NCBI GenBank assembly: GCA_963838105.1
Contig: CAWIQC010000002.1
Location: 60,069 to 124,068 of the forward strand
Length of the DNA stretch: 64,000 nt
From: an uncultured Thermoleophilia bacterium
Lineage (GTDB): Bacteria; Actinomycetota; Thermoleophilia; Gaiellales; Gaiellaceae
Direction: 5' to 3'
Part shown: positions 20,355 through 30,477 of the stretch, piece after piece
How positions within the stretch are numbered: the stretch's first letter is position 1
Layout: the number at the start of each line of letters is the position of its first letter
Position numbers and translations under genes: made by a program
The notes under the pieces: generated by a model
The model's database searches: none
The model's input: only the letters and a program-made list of their open reading frames with translations
What the model was told of the DNA's origin: nothing

Positions 20355-20903
20355 TTACGGCTTCGGGCGGCGAGGCTCGAGCGCTGCCGCGAGCTGGCGA
20401 TCCGTCGATGCGTTCACGAGCTCGATCGGAACGCCGTAGTCGTGCAGCCCCCGGGCCACCTTCTCGGCCGGGACCGCCGGGCGAGCGGCCTGACGCCAGC
20501 GTCCCCGGTGCCCGGCCGGGACGTAGAGCGCTGCCGGGTATCCGTGCGAGGCGCGCCAGCCCGCTTCCGCCTCGACCACGCGTCCCCACAACGTCACCCG
20601 GCCGACCACACGGTGCACCGTGTCGGCCCTACGGCTCACGCCGCGCGAGTACGCGAGGGTGTGAGCGACCGTACGCGTCGCGTACAGGCCGCAGGTGCAC
20701 TCCTCGGCAGGCGCCGTGTGCGGAGCGAGAGCTCCCGGGTTCTCGACCCAGCTCCGCCGGCACGTCGCCGTCGCCTCGCAGCGCGGGAGCCAGATCGACC
20801 AGAACGCGAGCGAGCACAGGCGTAGTGCTCCGTCGAGCTCCACGACGTCCCACACGCGCCAGCCGACGACGGGGTCGATCGAGTCCGGGGCGAGGTCACG
20901 CAT
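20355..20903 (-). CDS. Hypothetical protein (family not recognised)
   Basis: Coherent 182-aa reading from ATG 20903 (MRDLAPDSIDPVVGWRVWDV...CTCGLYA...). No motif I can name. Confidence 0.55.
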   Translation of the reverse strand: MRDLAPDSIDPVVGWRVWDVVELDGALRLCSLAFWSIWLPRCEATATCRRSWVENPGALAPHTAPAEECTCGLYATRTVAHTLAYSRGVSRRADTVHRVVGRVTLWGRVVEAEAGWRASHGYPAALYVPAGHRGRWRQAARPAVPAEKVARGLHDYGVPIELVNASTDRQLAAALEPRRPKP

Positions 20904-20912
20904 CACGGCAAA

Positions 20913-20943
20913 CTGTAGGGGCCGGCGCCTCCGACCCCTACAG
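20913..20943. terminator. Hairpin ctgtagggg-N13-cccctacag between the protease gene stop and the next gene start
   Basis: 9-bp arms. Contains an inverted REP-B core (gtaggggccgg). No T-tract, so terminator function is only a guess. Confidence 0.35.
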
Positions 20944-20954
20944 TGCACGGGCTC

Positions 20955-23219
20955 TCAGCCGCCGCGTTGCAGCACGCGGCGCTCACCGCCTGGCTGCGTG
21001 ACATCCGCCGCCGCGACCCACAGGCGATAGGGGGCGTACTGCAGGATCTGCTCGGTGGGCTCGTCGTAGGTGACGATCGCCGCGACGACGTCGTAGCCCT
21101 CCGCCAGCACTCGTCGAAGAGCCGCCCCGGCCAGCCGGCCCTCGAACCGGGAGTCCAGCTTCAGCCGGTGGATGAACGCCTGCCGCGGCCGGTCGGAGCC
21201 GTAGCCCACCAGCTGTACCGTGAATCCGCTCACCCTCGTCGGTCGCACCTGGGACGCCGAGCGGAAGCCGTCGAGCGAGCTCCCGTCCGAGATGGGCTGG
21301 TCGCCGATGCTCACGTCGTCGATCCACCAGCCGGGCAGGTCGACGCTGGAGTCGGTCACGTAGCGGAAGGCGATGAGGATCGTCTCGCCTCTGTAGGGGG
21401 AGAGGTCCCACTCGCTGTCGACCCAAGCTCGCCTGCTCGCCGCCGCCCGAGATCCCGGTGAGCCCTGGCAGGTTCTCGACCACGGTAGGAATGGCTCCCG
21501 GGTCGTACTCCTCGGTGGTCAGGGCGCTCGGCAAGGCTCGTGAACGTCTCGCCGCCGTCGGTCGAGACCTGCACGAAGCCGTAGTCCCACAGAACCTCGG
21601 TGTCGTACTGCGTCTCGAATCTGAGCGTCGGCTCCGCCTCGGGGACCGTCACCTCGAAGATGATTGCCCGGTCGAAGTTCGATCCCGAGCCGGAGTGGAG
21701 GGCGGGATCGCCCTCGTGCCCGGGCGGGCTCGGGTCGACCACCCACTCGACCGGCAGCTTCGGGAGCGTCTCGGCCCCGTCGAACGCGATCGAGCGGATC
21801 TGGCTCGCTCGCAGGTAGTTCCCGGAGCCGCCGCGCAGACGCACGTAGTCGGAGCCGTTGGGCGGTGCGCCGGCATCCGCGAAGGCGTCGTCGGCGTCCC
21901 AGTTGATCGCCGCGTCGAGCTCGCTCGCCCGGTAGCGGCCGTACGGGCCGCCGCCCAAGGACCAGCCGTGATCGATCGCGCTGTCGAGGGCGAGCGTCGC
22001 AGCCCAGTCGTGCAGGATCTCGCGGGCGGCACGCTGGGACGCGCCGTCCTCCCGCAGCACCGCTCGCAGCGACGGCAGCCCGTTCGCCTCGTCGACGTGG
22101 AGCGCCGACAGGACGTCGGGCCCTCGCTGCGTCGCGAGGTAGACCATGAGCGACTGGGCGGCGCCGTAGTCGCAGGAGAGCTCGGAGTCACCCTGGTCTC
22201 CCCAGAGGGTGAGCGAGTTCTCCGGCCCGCCGAGCCCGGTGCTCCCGGGCTCGCCCATGTTGCCGAGCAGGCACTGGATCTCGAAGCTGAAGCCGATCTC
22301 GTCGATCGGCGTCTCGAGGTCGAAGTAGCCGAGCAGCGACTCCGCGTACATGGACAGCCCCTCGTTCATCCACGTCGTCTCGTCGGGGTCGGTGTAGTAG
22401 TGGAGCAGGTGCTGGTACTCGTGCGCGAACGTCGCCTCGAAGAGGTGCGGTATCGCCGGCCGGTCGAGGCAGGGATCGTCCGGGAACGGCTCGTCGGGCG
22501 GGTTGGCGCCGAGGCGGTGGAGCCAGTCGAACGCGTCCACCGTCATCACGTTCCGGTCGGCGAGCTCGTTGAAGACGGAGTAGAAGAAGCCGAGGATGTA
22601 CCCGTACCCGGTCTGATCGTTCGGGTCGTAGAAGTTGTCGTCGCGGACGTTGTCGACGAGCACGACGACGTTGTCGCCCTCCCCGGCCCAGTAGCCGTCG
22701 GGAAGCCCGACGTCCGCGGTCAGCGCGAGGCTGCCGTCTCTGGCGGGGGCGACGCTGAACGCTTCGCTCTCGGCCGGCAGGATTCTGCGCTCGAACTCGC
22801 CGATCAGAGCCTGGATCTGCTCGTCTTTCACCTCGACGCTGTCGTTGCGGCAGTCGCCGGCCGGGAACTGCGTGCCCGTCGAGACCTCGTCCGAGTCGCT
22901 TGCCACCCAGACTTCGATGTGGTCGCCGATCGCGCGCAGCGTGTAGTTCTTCAGGTAGATCGTCCCGAGCACGTCGTCGGCCGCGAGCCACAGGCGCTCG
23001 TCGCCGACTGCGGCCACTGACGCAGTTCCGTGCACCGCTCGCGCGGCGGCCCGTGCCGTCGCCCTCGTCCCGGGGGCGAACGGAAGCGCCTTGCCGCCGT
23101 TGTAGTCGGCGCCGGTATCGGCCGCGGTACCGGCTCCGACCGAGCGATCCGGCGTGCGCCGAGCCCGCGACGGCAAGCGCTGCGACCGCGGCGGCGACGA
23201 CGAGCCGCACTGCCCTCAT
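20955..23219 (-). CDS. M6-family (immune inhibitor A-like) secreted metalloprotease, several frame breaks
   Basis: RBS GGAGGGG plus ATG 23219. Signal peptide MRAVRLVVAAAVAALAVAGSAHA. Zinc site FAHEYQHLLH (HEXXH), WMNEGLSMY. Long C-terminal beta-rich region in other frames. Confidence 0.8.
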
Positions 23220-23294
23220 GTCCCCTCCTTCGGCTGTCCTTCCGGCGCACGGCACGCTCCCCAGCTGCCGCGCCGGCGACATCCTCGGCGTTGC

Positions 23295-24447
23295 CTACGA
23301 GGAAGTCAAGGCGCCGCGCGCGAGCCGGTAGATCGTGCCCTCGTGACTGACCAGGAAGAGCTGGCCGGCGGGGCCTTCGCCGAACGAGCTCAGCGCCTCC
23401 ACCCGGAAGCTGTGGCGTGCGCACGTCGGTCGCCTCGCCGCCTCGCACGACCAGGCTCCAGACGGTCCCGGAGCAGAAGTCGCCGAAGAAGTACCTGCCC
23501 TCGGCGGCCGGGATGCGCGAGCCGCGGTAGACGTAGCCGCCGGTCACGGAGCAGCCGTCGCTGTGGGAGTACTCGTGGATCGGGAAGACGAGCTCGCCGC
23601 CACCCTGGTCCGTGTCCTCGAACTCGTGGTTGCCCTCGTACAGGTCCCATCCGTAGTTCTCGAGGCCGGGGCTCGGTCGGGGCGTGTAGTCGATCTCCTC
23701 GTACTCGTTCTGGCCCACGTCTCCGATGTAGAGCTCGCCGGTGCGCCGGTCGAAGCTGAAGCGCCAGGGATTTCGGAGGCCGAGGCCGACGATCTGCCAG
23801 TCGAGACGCGCCTTGCTGACGTCGGCCCTCAGCAGCTTGCCGAGGCGCGAGGAGAGGTTCTGGGCCCTGTCCTCGGGATCGGCACGGGAGCCCCCGTCGC
23901 CCATCCCGACGTAGAGGAACCCGTCGGGACCGAACTGGAGCTGCCCGCCGTTGTGGTTCGCATACGGCTGGTCGACGAACAGGAGCTCGCGCACCTGCTG
24001 CGGGCTGCGGCCCGGTCGCGCTCGGTACTCGACGACACGTGTGTCGCCGTTGTTGTCCGTGTAGTTCACGTAGAAGAGCCGGTTGGTGGCGTAGCTCGGG
24101 TGGAACGCCATCGAGAGAAGGCCCTGCTCGCCCCGGTCCTCGGTGAGGCCCTGGATGTCGAGGAACGGGGTCGAGAGGACGCGTCCCCGCTCGACGATGC
24201 GGATGCGGCCGATCTGCTCGACGACGTAGAGCCGCCTCGGCTGGCTCGGCGTCGTGGCGACGTAGACGGGGTGCTCGAAGCCCTTGGCCACGGTGACGAG
24301 GCGCAGGCTCGGCTCGCCGGCGGCCGATCCCGGAGCCGCCGTCCCGTCAGCGGAACCGTCGCTCCCTCCCCTGTTGGCCGGGGCCTGGCTCGCGCCACAG
24401 GCCGCGAGAACGGCGGCCAGCACTCCGATGCCGAGCAGCTTCAGCAT
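23295..24447 (-). CDS. PQQ-dependent sugar (glucose/sorbosone) dehydrogenase lipoprotein, one frame break near 23400
   Basis: MLKLLGIGVLAAVLAACG lipobox. GLLSMAFHP, HNGGQLQFGPDGFLYVGMGDGG, GLRNPWRFSFD, GDVGQNEYEEI, GGYVYRG. Confidence 0.8.
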
Positions 24448-24525
24448 TTTTCCTCCGTATCGGTCCGGGGGGTCAGCCCTCACGGTAGCGGCGAGGCTTT
24501 GGCGCTTTGTAAGGAACCGTCAGGG

Positions 24526-25944
24526 TTACCGGTCCAGCTGCCGCAGCGCCGCCTGCGCGGCCCAGTAGCCGCACATGCCGTGGACCCCTCCGCCCGGCGG
24601 CGTGGACGACGAGCACAGGAAGACGCCGGGCAGCGGTGTCTCGTACGGAACCAGCCTCGCCACCGGCCTGGTGACGAGCTGGCGCAGGTCCTGGAGGCCG
24701 CCGTTGATGTCACCGCCGACGTAGTTGGCGTTGTAGCGCTCGAGCTCCTGCGGCCCGAGCACGTGGCTTGCGATGACGCGATCGCGAAAGCCGGGTGCGA
24801 AGCGCTCGATCTGCGCCTCGATCTGCGCCCGGTCATGTCGACGGGGGACCCATTCGGCACGTGGCAGTAAGCCCAGACCGTGTGCTTGCCGGGCGGCGCC
24901 CGGCTCGGATCGAAGAGGCTCTGCTGCGCGAGCAGGACGTAGGGCCGCTCCGATGTCCGCCCGGCGGCCACCGCGGCCTCGGACGCGGCGATCTCCTCGA
25001 GCGTTCCGCCGAGGTGGACGGTGCCGGCGCGGGCGCACTCGGGAGCACGCCACGGGATCGGGCCGTCGAGGGCCAGGTCGAGCTTGAACGCGCCGGGCCC
25101 GTAGCGAAATCCTGCGAGGCGGCGCCGGTAGCCGGCGGGCAGGCGGCTGCCGCCGAGGCGGAGCAGCTGGCGCGGCGTGACGTCGAGGAGCACAGTGCGC
25201 GCGCGCGGCAGCTCGGCCAGGGATTCCACACGTCGGCCGAGCTCGATCTCGCCCCCGAGCGAGCGCAGGCAGGCGGCAAGGGCTTCGGCGAGCGACTGCG
25301 AGCCGCCCCGCGGCAAGGGCCAGCCCATGTGATGGCCGAGCAAGCCGAGCACGAGGCCGAAGCCCGCGCTCGGCGAGCTGGTGAGGGGAAGGAGCGAGTG
25401 CGCAGCCAGCCCCGCGAAGAGGGCGCGGGCCCGCTCGCCCTCGAAGCGACGGCGGGCCAGGCCGACGGCCGACTGGACGCCGAGCACGCCAAAGCGGGTG
25501 AGCGGCACAGGATGCCGCGGGACGCGGAGGGGGCCGAGGATGTCGGCAAGGAGATCGGCGGAGTCCTCGACGAGCGGCGCCATGAGCCGTCGGTAGGCGT
25601 CCGCGTCGGCCCCGAGCCCCTGCGCTGTCTCCTCCACGGAGCGCTCGAGGAGCACGGCCGTCCCGTCGTCGAAGGGGTGAGCGAGCGGCGCCGGCGGCTG
25701 GATCCACTCGAGGCCGTGCCGCTCGAGGCTCGAGCGTCTGGAGGAACGGCGAGCCGAGCCCGAGCGGATGGATGGCGGAGCAGACGTCGTGGCGGAAGCC
25801 GGGAAGCGTCAGCTCCGCCGTCCGCACGCCGCCGCCCACCGTTGCGGCCGCCTCGAGCACGAGCACGGAGCACCCGGCTCGTGCCAGCACGATCGCTGCG
25901 GCGAGGCCGTTCGGCCCGGAGCCGACGACGACCGCGTCGTGCAT
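24526..25944 (-). CDS. FAD-dependent oxidoreductase of the phytoene desaturase (CrtI-like) family, at least 3 frame breaks
   Basis: MHDAVVVGSGPNGLAAAIVLARAG..VLEAAATVGGG dinucleotide fold. C-terminal YNANYVGGDINGG...LCSSSTPPGGGVHGMCG. Confidence 0.8.
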   Translation of the reverse strand: MHDAVVVGSGPNGLAAAIVLARAGCSVLVLEAAATVGGGVRTAELTLPGFRHDVCSAIHPLGLGSPFLQTLEPRAARPRVDPAAGAARSPLRRRDGRAPRALRGGDSAGARGRRGRLPTAHGAARRGLRRSPCRHPRPPPRPAASCAAHPLWRARRPVGRRPGPPSLRGRAGPRPLRGAGCALAPSPHQLAERGLRPRARLARPSHGLALAAGRLAVARRSPCRLPALARGRDRARPTCGIPGRAAARAHCAPRRHAAPAAPPRRQPPARRLPAPPRRISLRARRVQARPGPRRPDPVACSRVRPRRHRPPRRNARGDRRVRGRGGRRADIGAALRPARAAEPLRSEPGAARQAHGLGLLPRAEWVPRRHDRAQIEAQIERFAPGFRDRVIASHVLGPQELERYNANYVGGDINGGLQDLRQLVTRPVARLVPYETPLPGVFLCSSSTPPGGGVHGMCGYWAAQAALRQLDR

Positions 25945-25948
25945 CTAG

Positions 25949-26166
25949 AGGTTGATTCCACGATCCACGCGCGGCCGGATGCGCCATCTGGCGCGTCTGG
26001 GCCGCTTCCGTTCCTTTCTGAGAGGCCGTGCGGCCTCTCAGACAGGCCCGTGCGCTTCGCGAGGTCGGGGCTTGCCGAGGCGTCCAGCCTCGCCTGCGCC
26101 CCGGCCTCGTGTCCCAGAGCGGCCAGCTGACGCCCCGGCGGAGGCGGATCTCGTGGAATCAACCAT
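25949..26166. mobile_element. MITE copy 1 (218 bp)
   Basis: Terminal inverted repeats (a)ggttgattccacga ... tcgtggaatcaaccat, flanked by CTAG at 25945..25948 and 26167..26170. Internal 11-bp-stem hairpin tctgagaggcc-gtgc-ggcctctcaga. Near-identical to 42656..42874. Confidence 0.85.
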
Positions 26167-26886
26167 CTAGCCGCGCGGCCCGACTCCTCCCGCGGCGCGG
26201 GCGCATTGCATGGAGGGTCGAGCGGATGGGCGCCGAGTGCCTGATGTTCCCGGCCTTCGACCACTGGCGCCGGCGGTCGACGCAGACGACCTGCGTCTCG
26301 ACGGCGGCCGAGACGCCGAGGTGGGCGGCCAGGTTCGCCAGCGTCTGCTCCCAGAAGCGGTCCTCCACCCGGTGCCCGCCGAGAGCGAGCCCGAGCTCTG
26401 TCAGGGGGTCCTGCGCCCGGACGAGCAGCTGCGCCTGAGCCACGGTCTCCCCATCCTCCTCGTGGGCGCTGAACGTGATCCAGCCGGCGAGCATGTGGCC
26501 CTGGGGCGTCATCTCCGTGAACGACACGTCGTCGGCGTGGAGTGTCATCACGCCGGTCGAGAGCTTGAGCCCGGCCGGCCCGGCCGCCTTGATCAGCGCG
26601 ACCTCGCCCGGCTCGATGCCGGTGAGCGGCGGGTAGAACGTGTTTCCTTCCGGCCAGAACTCGGCGAAGTGCTCCTTCCAGACGCGCGATCACCTCGGCC
26701 GGCGTGAGCTGCGAGCCCTCGAGCCGGACGCGGTACGTCTTCTGCCACATCTTCCCGAAGCCCTGGAGCGGGCCGAGCGAGGCGCTTGCCCTCGACGAGG
26801 TTGGCGGCTCCCTCCGGCACGGACTCGACGTGGAGCGTCGAGACCGGCTTCGCCCAGCGCCCCGCGTCGCGCGGTGTCTCGTTCAT
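26159..26886 (-). CDS. Conserved hypothetical protein, last gene of the sensor operon, at least 3 frame breaks
   Basis: RBS GGAGGA plus ATG 26886. MNETPRDAGRWAKPVSTLHVESVPEG.. / GFGKMWQKTYRVRLEGSQLTPAEVI / MTLHADDVSFTEMTPQGHMLAGWITFSAHEEDGETV. Present stop codon lies inside the MITE end. Confidence 0.55.
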
Positions 26887-26901
26887 CGTCTCCTCCTTCG
26901 G

Positions 26902-27252
26902 TCAGGCGACGGCTGCGAGCGCGTCGGCCTCCGAGTCGTAGATTCCGATCGCCTCGTCGAGGCGCGTGAGCTCGAAGATCTGGCGGTAGTGCTCGTTGAG
27001 GCCGAAGGCGAGCAGCTTCTGCTTCGCCCGGTTCGCTCGCACGAGCAGGGTGACCAGCAGTCCGATCCCGCTCGAGTTCATGTACTCGAGCTCGCTGAAG
27101 TTGAGCACGAGCGCGCGCACTTCCTCGCCGCCGGCGCGGGCGTAGGCGTCCATCAGCGCGTCCTCGCTCGCGGCCGTGATCTCGCCGCGCACGTCCACGA
27201 CGCAGGCGCCGTGGCCGGCGTCCCGCACCTCCAGGTTGAGCGTCGTCTGCAT
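26902..27252 (-). CDS. STAS-domain anti-sigma-factor antagonist (RsbV/SpoIIAA-like), copy 2
   Basis: RBS GGAGGA plus ATG 27252. MQTTLNLEVRDAG..VVDVRGEIT...LVLNFSELEYMNSSGIGLLVTLL...GLNEHYRQIFELTRL. Intact. Confidence 0.85.
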   Translation of the reverse strand: MQTTLNLEVRDAGHGACVVDVRGEITAASEDALMDAYARAGGEEVRALVLNFSELEYMNSSGIGLLVTLLVRANRAKQKLLAFGLNEHYRQIFELTRLDEAIGIYDSEADALAAVA

Positions 27253-27265
27253 GTGTCCTCCTTCC

Positions 27266-27600
27266 TCAGCTCGCGTCCTCGTCCGGAATGATCCGGACGA
27301 AGTCCGCGATGCGGGTGATCTCGAAGATCTCGCGGTAGTGGTCGGCGAGGCCTCGGGCCTCGAGCTCGACGCGGTCCCGGCGTCCCTTCGCAAGCAGCCC
27401 GACGAGGAGCGCGATGCCGGTCGAGTTGATGTACCCGACGCGGCTGAAGTCGAGCGTGACGACCCGCGCCCCGTGCCCGTCGCCTCCGCGTAGGCGGCTT
27501 CCAGCGCAGCTTCGGCGCCACCGTCGACGTCGCCCTCGAGCTCGACGACAGCCGCCTCGGCCGCCGGCTGCACGCGCGCCTCAAAGCGACTCGTCTGCAT
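27266..27600 (-). CDS. STAS-domain anti-sigma-factor antagonist, copy 1, one frame break near 27470
   Basis: RBS GAGAGGAGA plus ATG 27600. MQTSRFEARVQP..VVELEGDVD / ARVVTLDFSRVGYINSTGIALLVGLL...GLADHYREIFEITRI. Start overlaps the end of the upstream gene by 20 nt. Confidence 0.75.
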
Positions 27601-30477
27601 CCACGTCTCCTCTCAACCGGAACGCGAGCTCGAGCGTGTGGCTCTCGCCCTCCGTCCAGGTCTCGATGCCGTCAGCCATGTGCTCGATCAGGAACAGGCC
27701 CCAGCCGCGTGGCTTCTGCTCGGCCCTCGAGCTTCGCCTCGAGGTCGGGTCGTTCGGGCTCGACCATCGGGCGCGCTCCGCCGCCGTCCGTGATCCGCAC
27801 GCGGAGCCGCTCGCCGTCGGCGAGCACCTCGATGGCAACAGGCAGCTCGGGCCGTGAGTCGTTGCCGTGCTCGATCGCGTTCATGGCAGCCTCGGAGACG
27901 GCTGTCCGCAGCCGTTCGAGCGTCGTCGCGGGAACGGCGAGCCGCGCGACTGCCGTCGTGACACGCTTCCATGGCCTCCCGCTCGTTGCCGGGCACGCTC
28001 GCCAGCTCGAACGCGGCAAGCACCGTGCCGTTTCCGCCTCGCGGAGGTCGACCGGCTGCGGCGCCCGCTCGAGCGCCACGAGCGTGATGTCGTCCTCCTG
28101 CTCCCAGGCCGAGCCGGTGAAGCGGTCGAGCTCTGCGAGCAGGCCGTCGACCGGTGAGGTCGAGGCGGGCGAGAGCCCCATGAGCTCCCGCAGGCGCGGG
28201 AAGCCGAACATCTCGCCGCCCGGGTCGTGCGCCTCGACGAGGCCGTCCGAGTAGAGGAGCAGGCTCTCGCCGGGCTCGAGCACGGCCTCCTTCTCGTCGT
28301 ACGTCCATCTCCGGCATCAGGCCCAGCGGCATGCCGGTCGCGCGAAGCTCCACGGAGCCGCTCGCCGTGCGCACGCACGGCAGGTTGTGGCCGGCGTTCG
28401 CGTAGCGGAGCACGCCGGTCGACGGCTCGAGAACCGCGAAGAGGCAGGTCACGAACATCTTCGGCGGCATGTCGGGGCACAGCAGGTCGTTCGCTCGGCG
28501 CAAGCACCGCCGCGGGCGAGGCCTGCCGCTGCGACGTAGCCCGCAGGACGCTCCGCGTCGCCGCCATGACCATCGCGGCCGGGACACCCTTGTCGGTCAC
28601 GTCGCCCGACCACGAAGGCCGACCCGGCCGTCCGTCGAGCTCGATGACGTCGTAGAAGTCGCCGCCGACCTCTCGGGCCGGCCGGTAGTGGGCCGAGACC
28701 TGCCAGCCGGCGAGGTCGGGGAGCTCGCGCGGAAGGAAGTTCTGCTGGATGAGCCGGGCGACCTCGAGCTCCTGCTCGATCCGCTCGTGCTCACGCGCCT
28801 GGTATCTCCTGCTCGCGCACGAGCTGGCCGACCCGGAGCGCCGGCGCGGCCTGGGCGGCGAGGTTGTCGAGCAGCCGGCGATCGTCGGTCGAGTAGTCCT
28901 GATCGGAGAGCCGCGGCCCGAGGTTGAGCAGGCCGATCAGCTCGCCCTGGCTGACGAGCGGCACGACGAGCTTCACGCCCGTCGTCGTCAGCGCCGCGAG
29001 CGCAGGCGAGTCGAGCTCGAGGCTGTCGACGTCGATTGCGCCGGAGGCGCTCTCGAAGTACGCGACGAGCGGGTCGTTGGGAGCGATGTCGAGGTCGAGC
29101 GCTCCGGCGGGGCTCGCCGGTGTGTGCGCGGCGAGATCTCTCGCTTCGTCCGGCGGAGGCGCGGGATCCTGCGGCTGCGCTCGACGGAAGATGTGGGACA
29201 AACGCGTCATTGCTCTGCTCCTGTTGTACGGCCGACGCCGTCCGGCGGGCGTTACGGCATCCGTTACGGCGGGACGAAGCCAGAGCGACACCCGCTCGGG
29301 CTCCAGCGTTCGCCGCACGACGGCGGTGAGCTCGCCGTGGAGCGCGGCGATGTCGATCTCGTCGCGCAGCCGGGCGGAGAAGGCCTCGAGCGTGCGCTGG
29401 GCGTCGTAGCGGCGGCGGTAGAAGCGCCGGTCGACCGCTCGCTGAACTCGGGCCCGCACGGGACGGAAGAGCGCGGCGACGGCGAGCGTGGAGACGGCGA
29501 TGGCGAGGTCGGAGCCGCCGCCGAAGGAGGAGAAGACCTCCTGGAGGCCGAGCACGATCCCGAAGTAGGCGCCGACGAGCAGCGCCGAGACCGCGCCGTA
29601 GACGACTGCCCGGTTGACGATCCGGTCGATCTCGTAGAGGCGGTAGCGGAGGATGGCGATCCCGGCCGAGACCGGGATCGTGGCGATGGCCAGGAGCAGG
29701 AGCGGCTCCCAGACGGCGCCGTCGTCGATGTACCAGAAGAGGAGCGGGCCGCTCGCAAAGGCGGCGCCCACGAGGCCGGCGGCGCTCGCGACCCACTTGA
29801 GCTGCTGGCGCTCGAGCCCTGTCGCCCGGCGGAAGCGGAGGACGAGCGAGGTTGCCGAGACGAGAATGCCGACGAACATGAGGATGGAGGCGATGTTCGC
29901 GACGATCTCCAGCGCGTCCGCGAGCGCGCCTCCGGCTGCGTACGGGTTCTGTCAGAGGCTCGAAGTCCTCGAGCGTGTGGGGGCTGAACATCTCTCCGAG
30001 CAGAGCGAGCACGATGGCGCCGACGACGATCCAGACGACCGGCACCCAGCGCCGCGACAGCAGTCGACCCTCGGGGAAGAGGAGGAAGAGCAGCGTCGCG
30101 GCGAGGAACAGCGGTGGCAGAAGGAGCCACGACCCCAGCCAGGCCATCGTCTCGCCGGCCGGAAGGGAGCCGGGCTCGGTCAGCAGCGCGTAGAGGGCGT
30201 ACTGGTTGGCGAAAGCGGCGAGCGCGAACAGGCTTCCCAGGCCGACGAAGATCCAGCCGATCGGGTTCTCGGGGCGGCGAGAGGCGATGAGGGCGCCGAC
30301 GGTCGGAAAGCCAGGACGACGATCCCGAACAGGGCATCGCCGAGCGTGACGATCCGAAGTTGCTCGACGCCCGGCGTCGAGCGGTTGAGGATCAGGAATG
30401 CGAGCGCGGCGAACGTCAGCGCGATGGCGATCGCGCAAACCGCCCAGGCGAGACGGGTCGTGCCACTGCCGGCTCAT
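27581..30477 (-). CDS. Array paralog A: polytopic membrane module plus conserved juxtamembrane segment, fused to GAF-like, PP2C (SpoIIE/RsbU-type) phosphatase and RsbW-type HATPase kinase domains; many frame breaks
   Basis: - Membrane module: [85 protein letters not shown].
- GAF-like: VVPLVSQGELIGLLNLG.
- PP2C: GDFYDV..GDVTDKGVPAAMVMA..YANAGHN..LLLYSDGLVEA..DDITLVAL.
- Kinase: AAMNAIEHGN...GWGLFLI. Confidence 0.8.
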
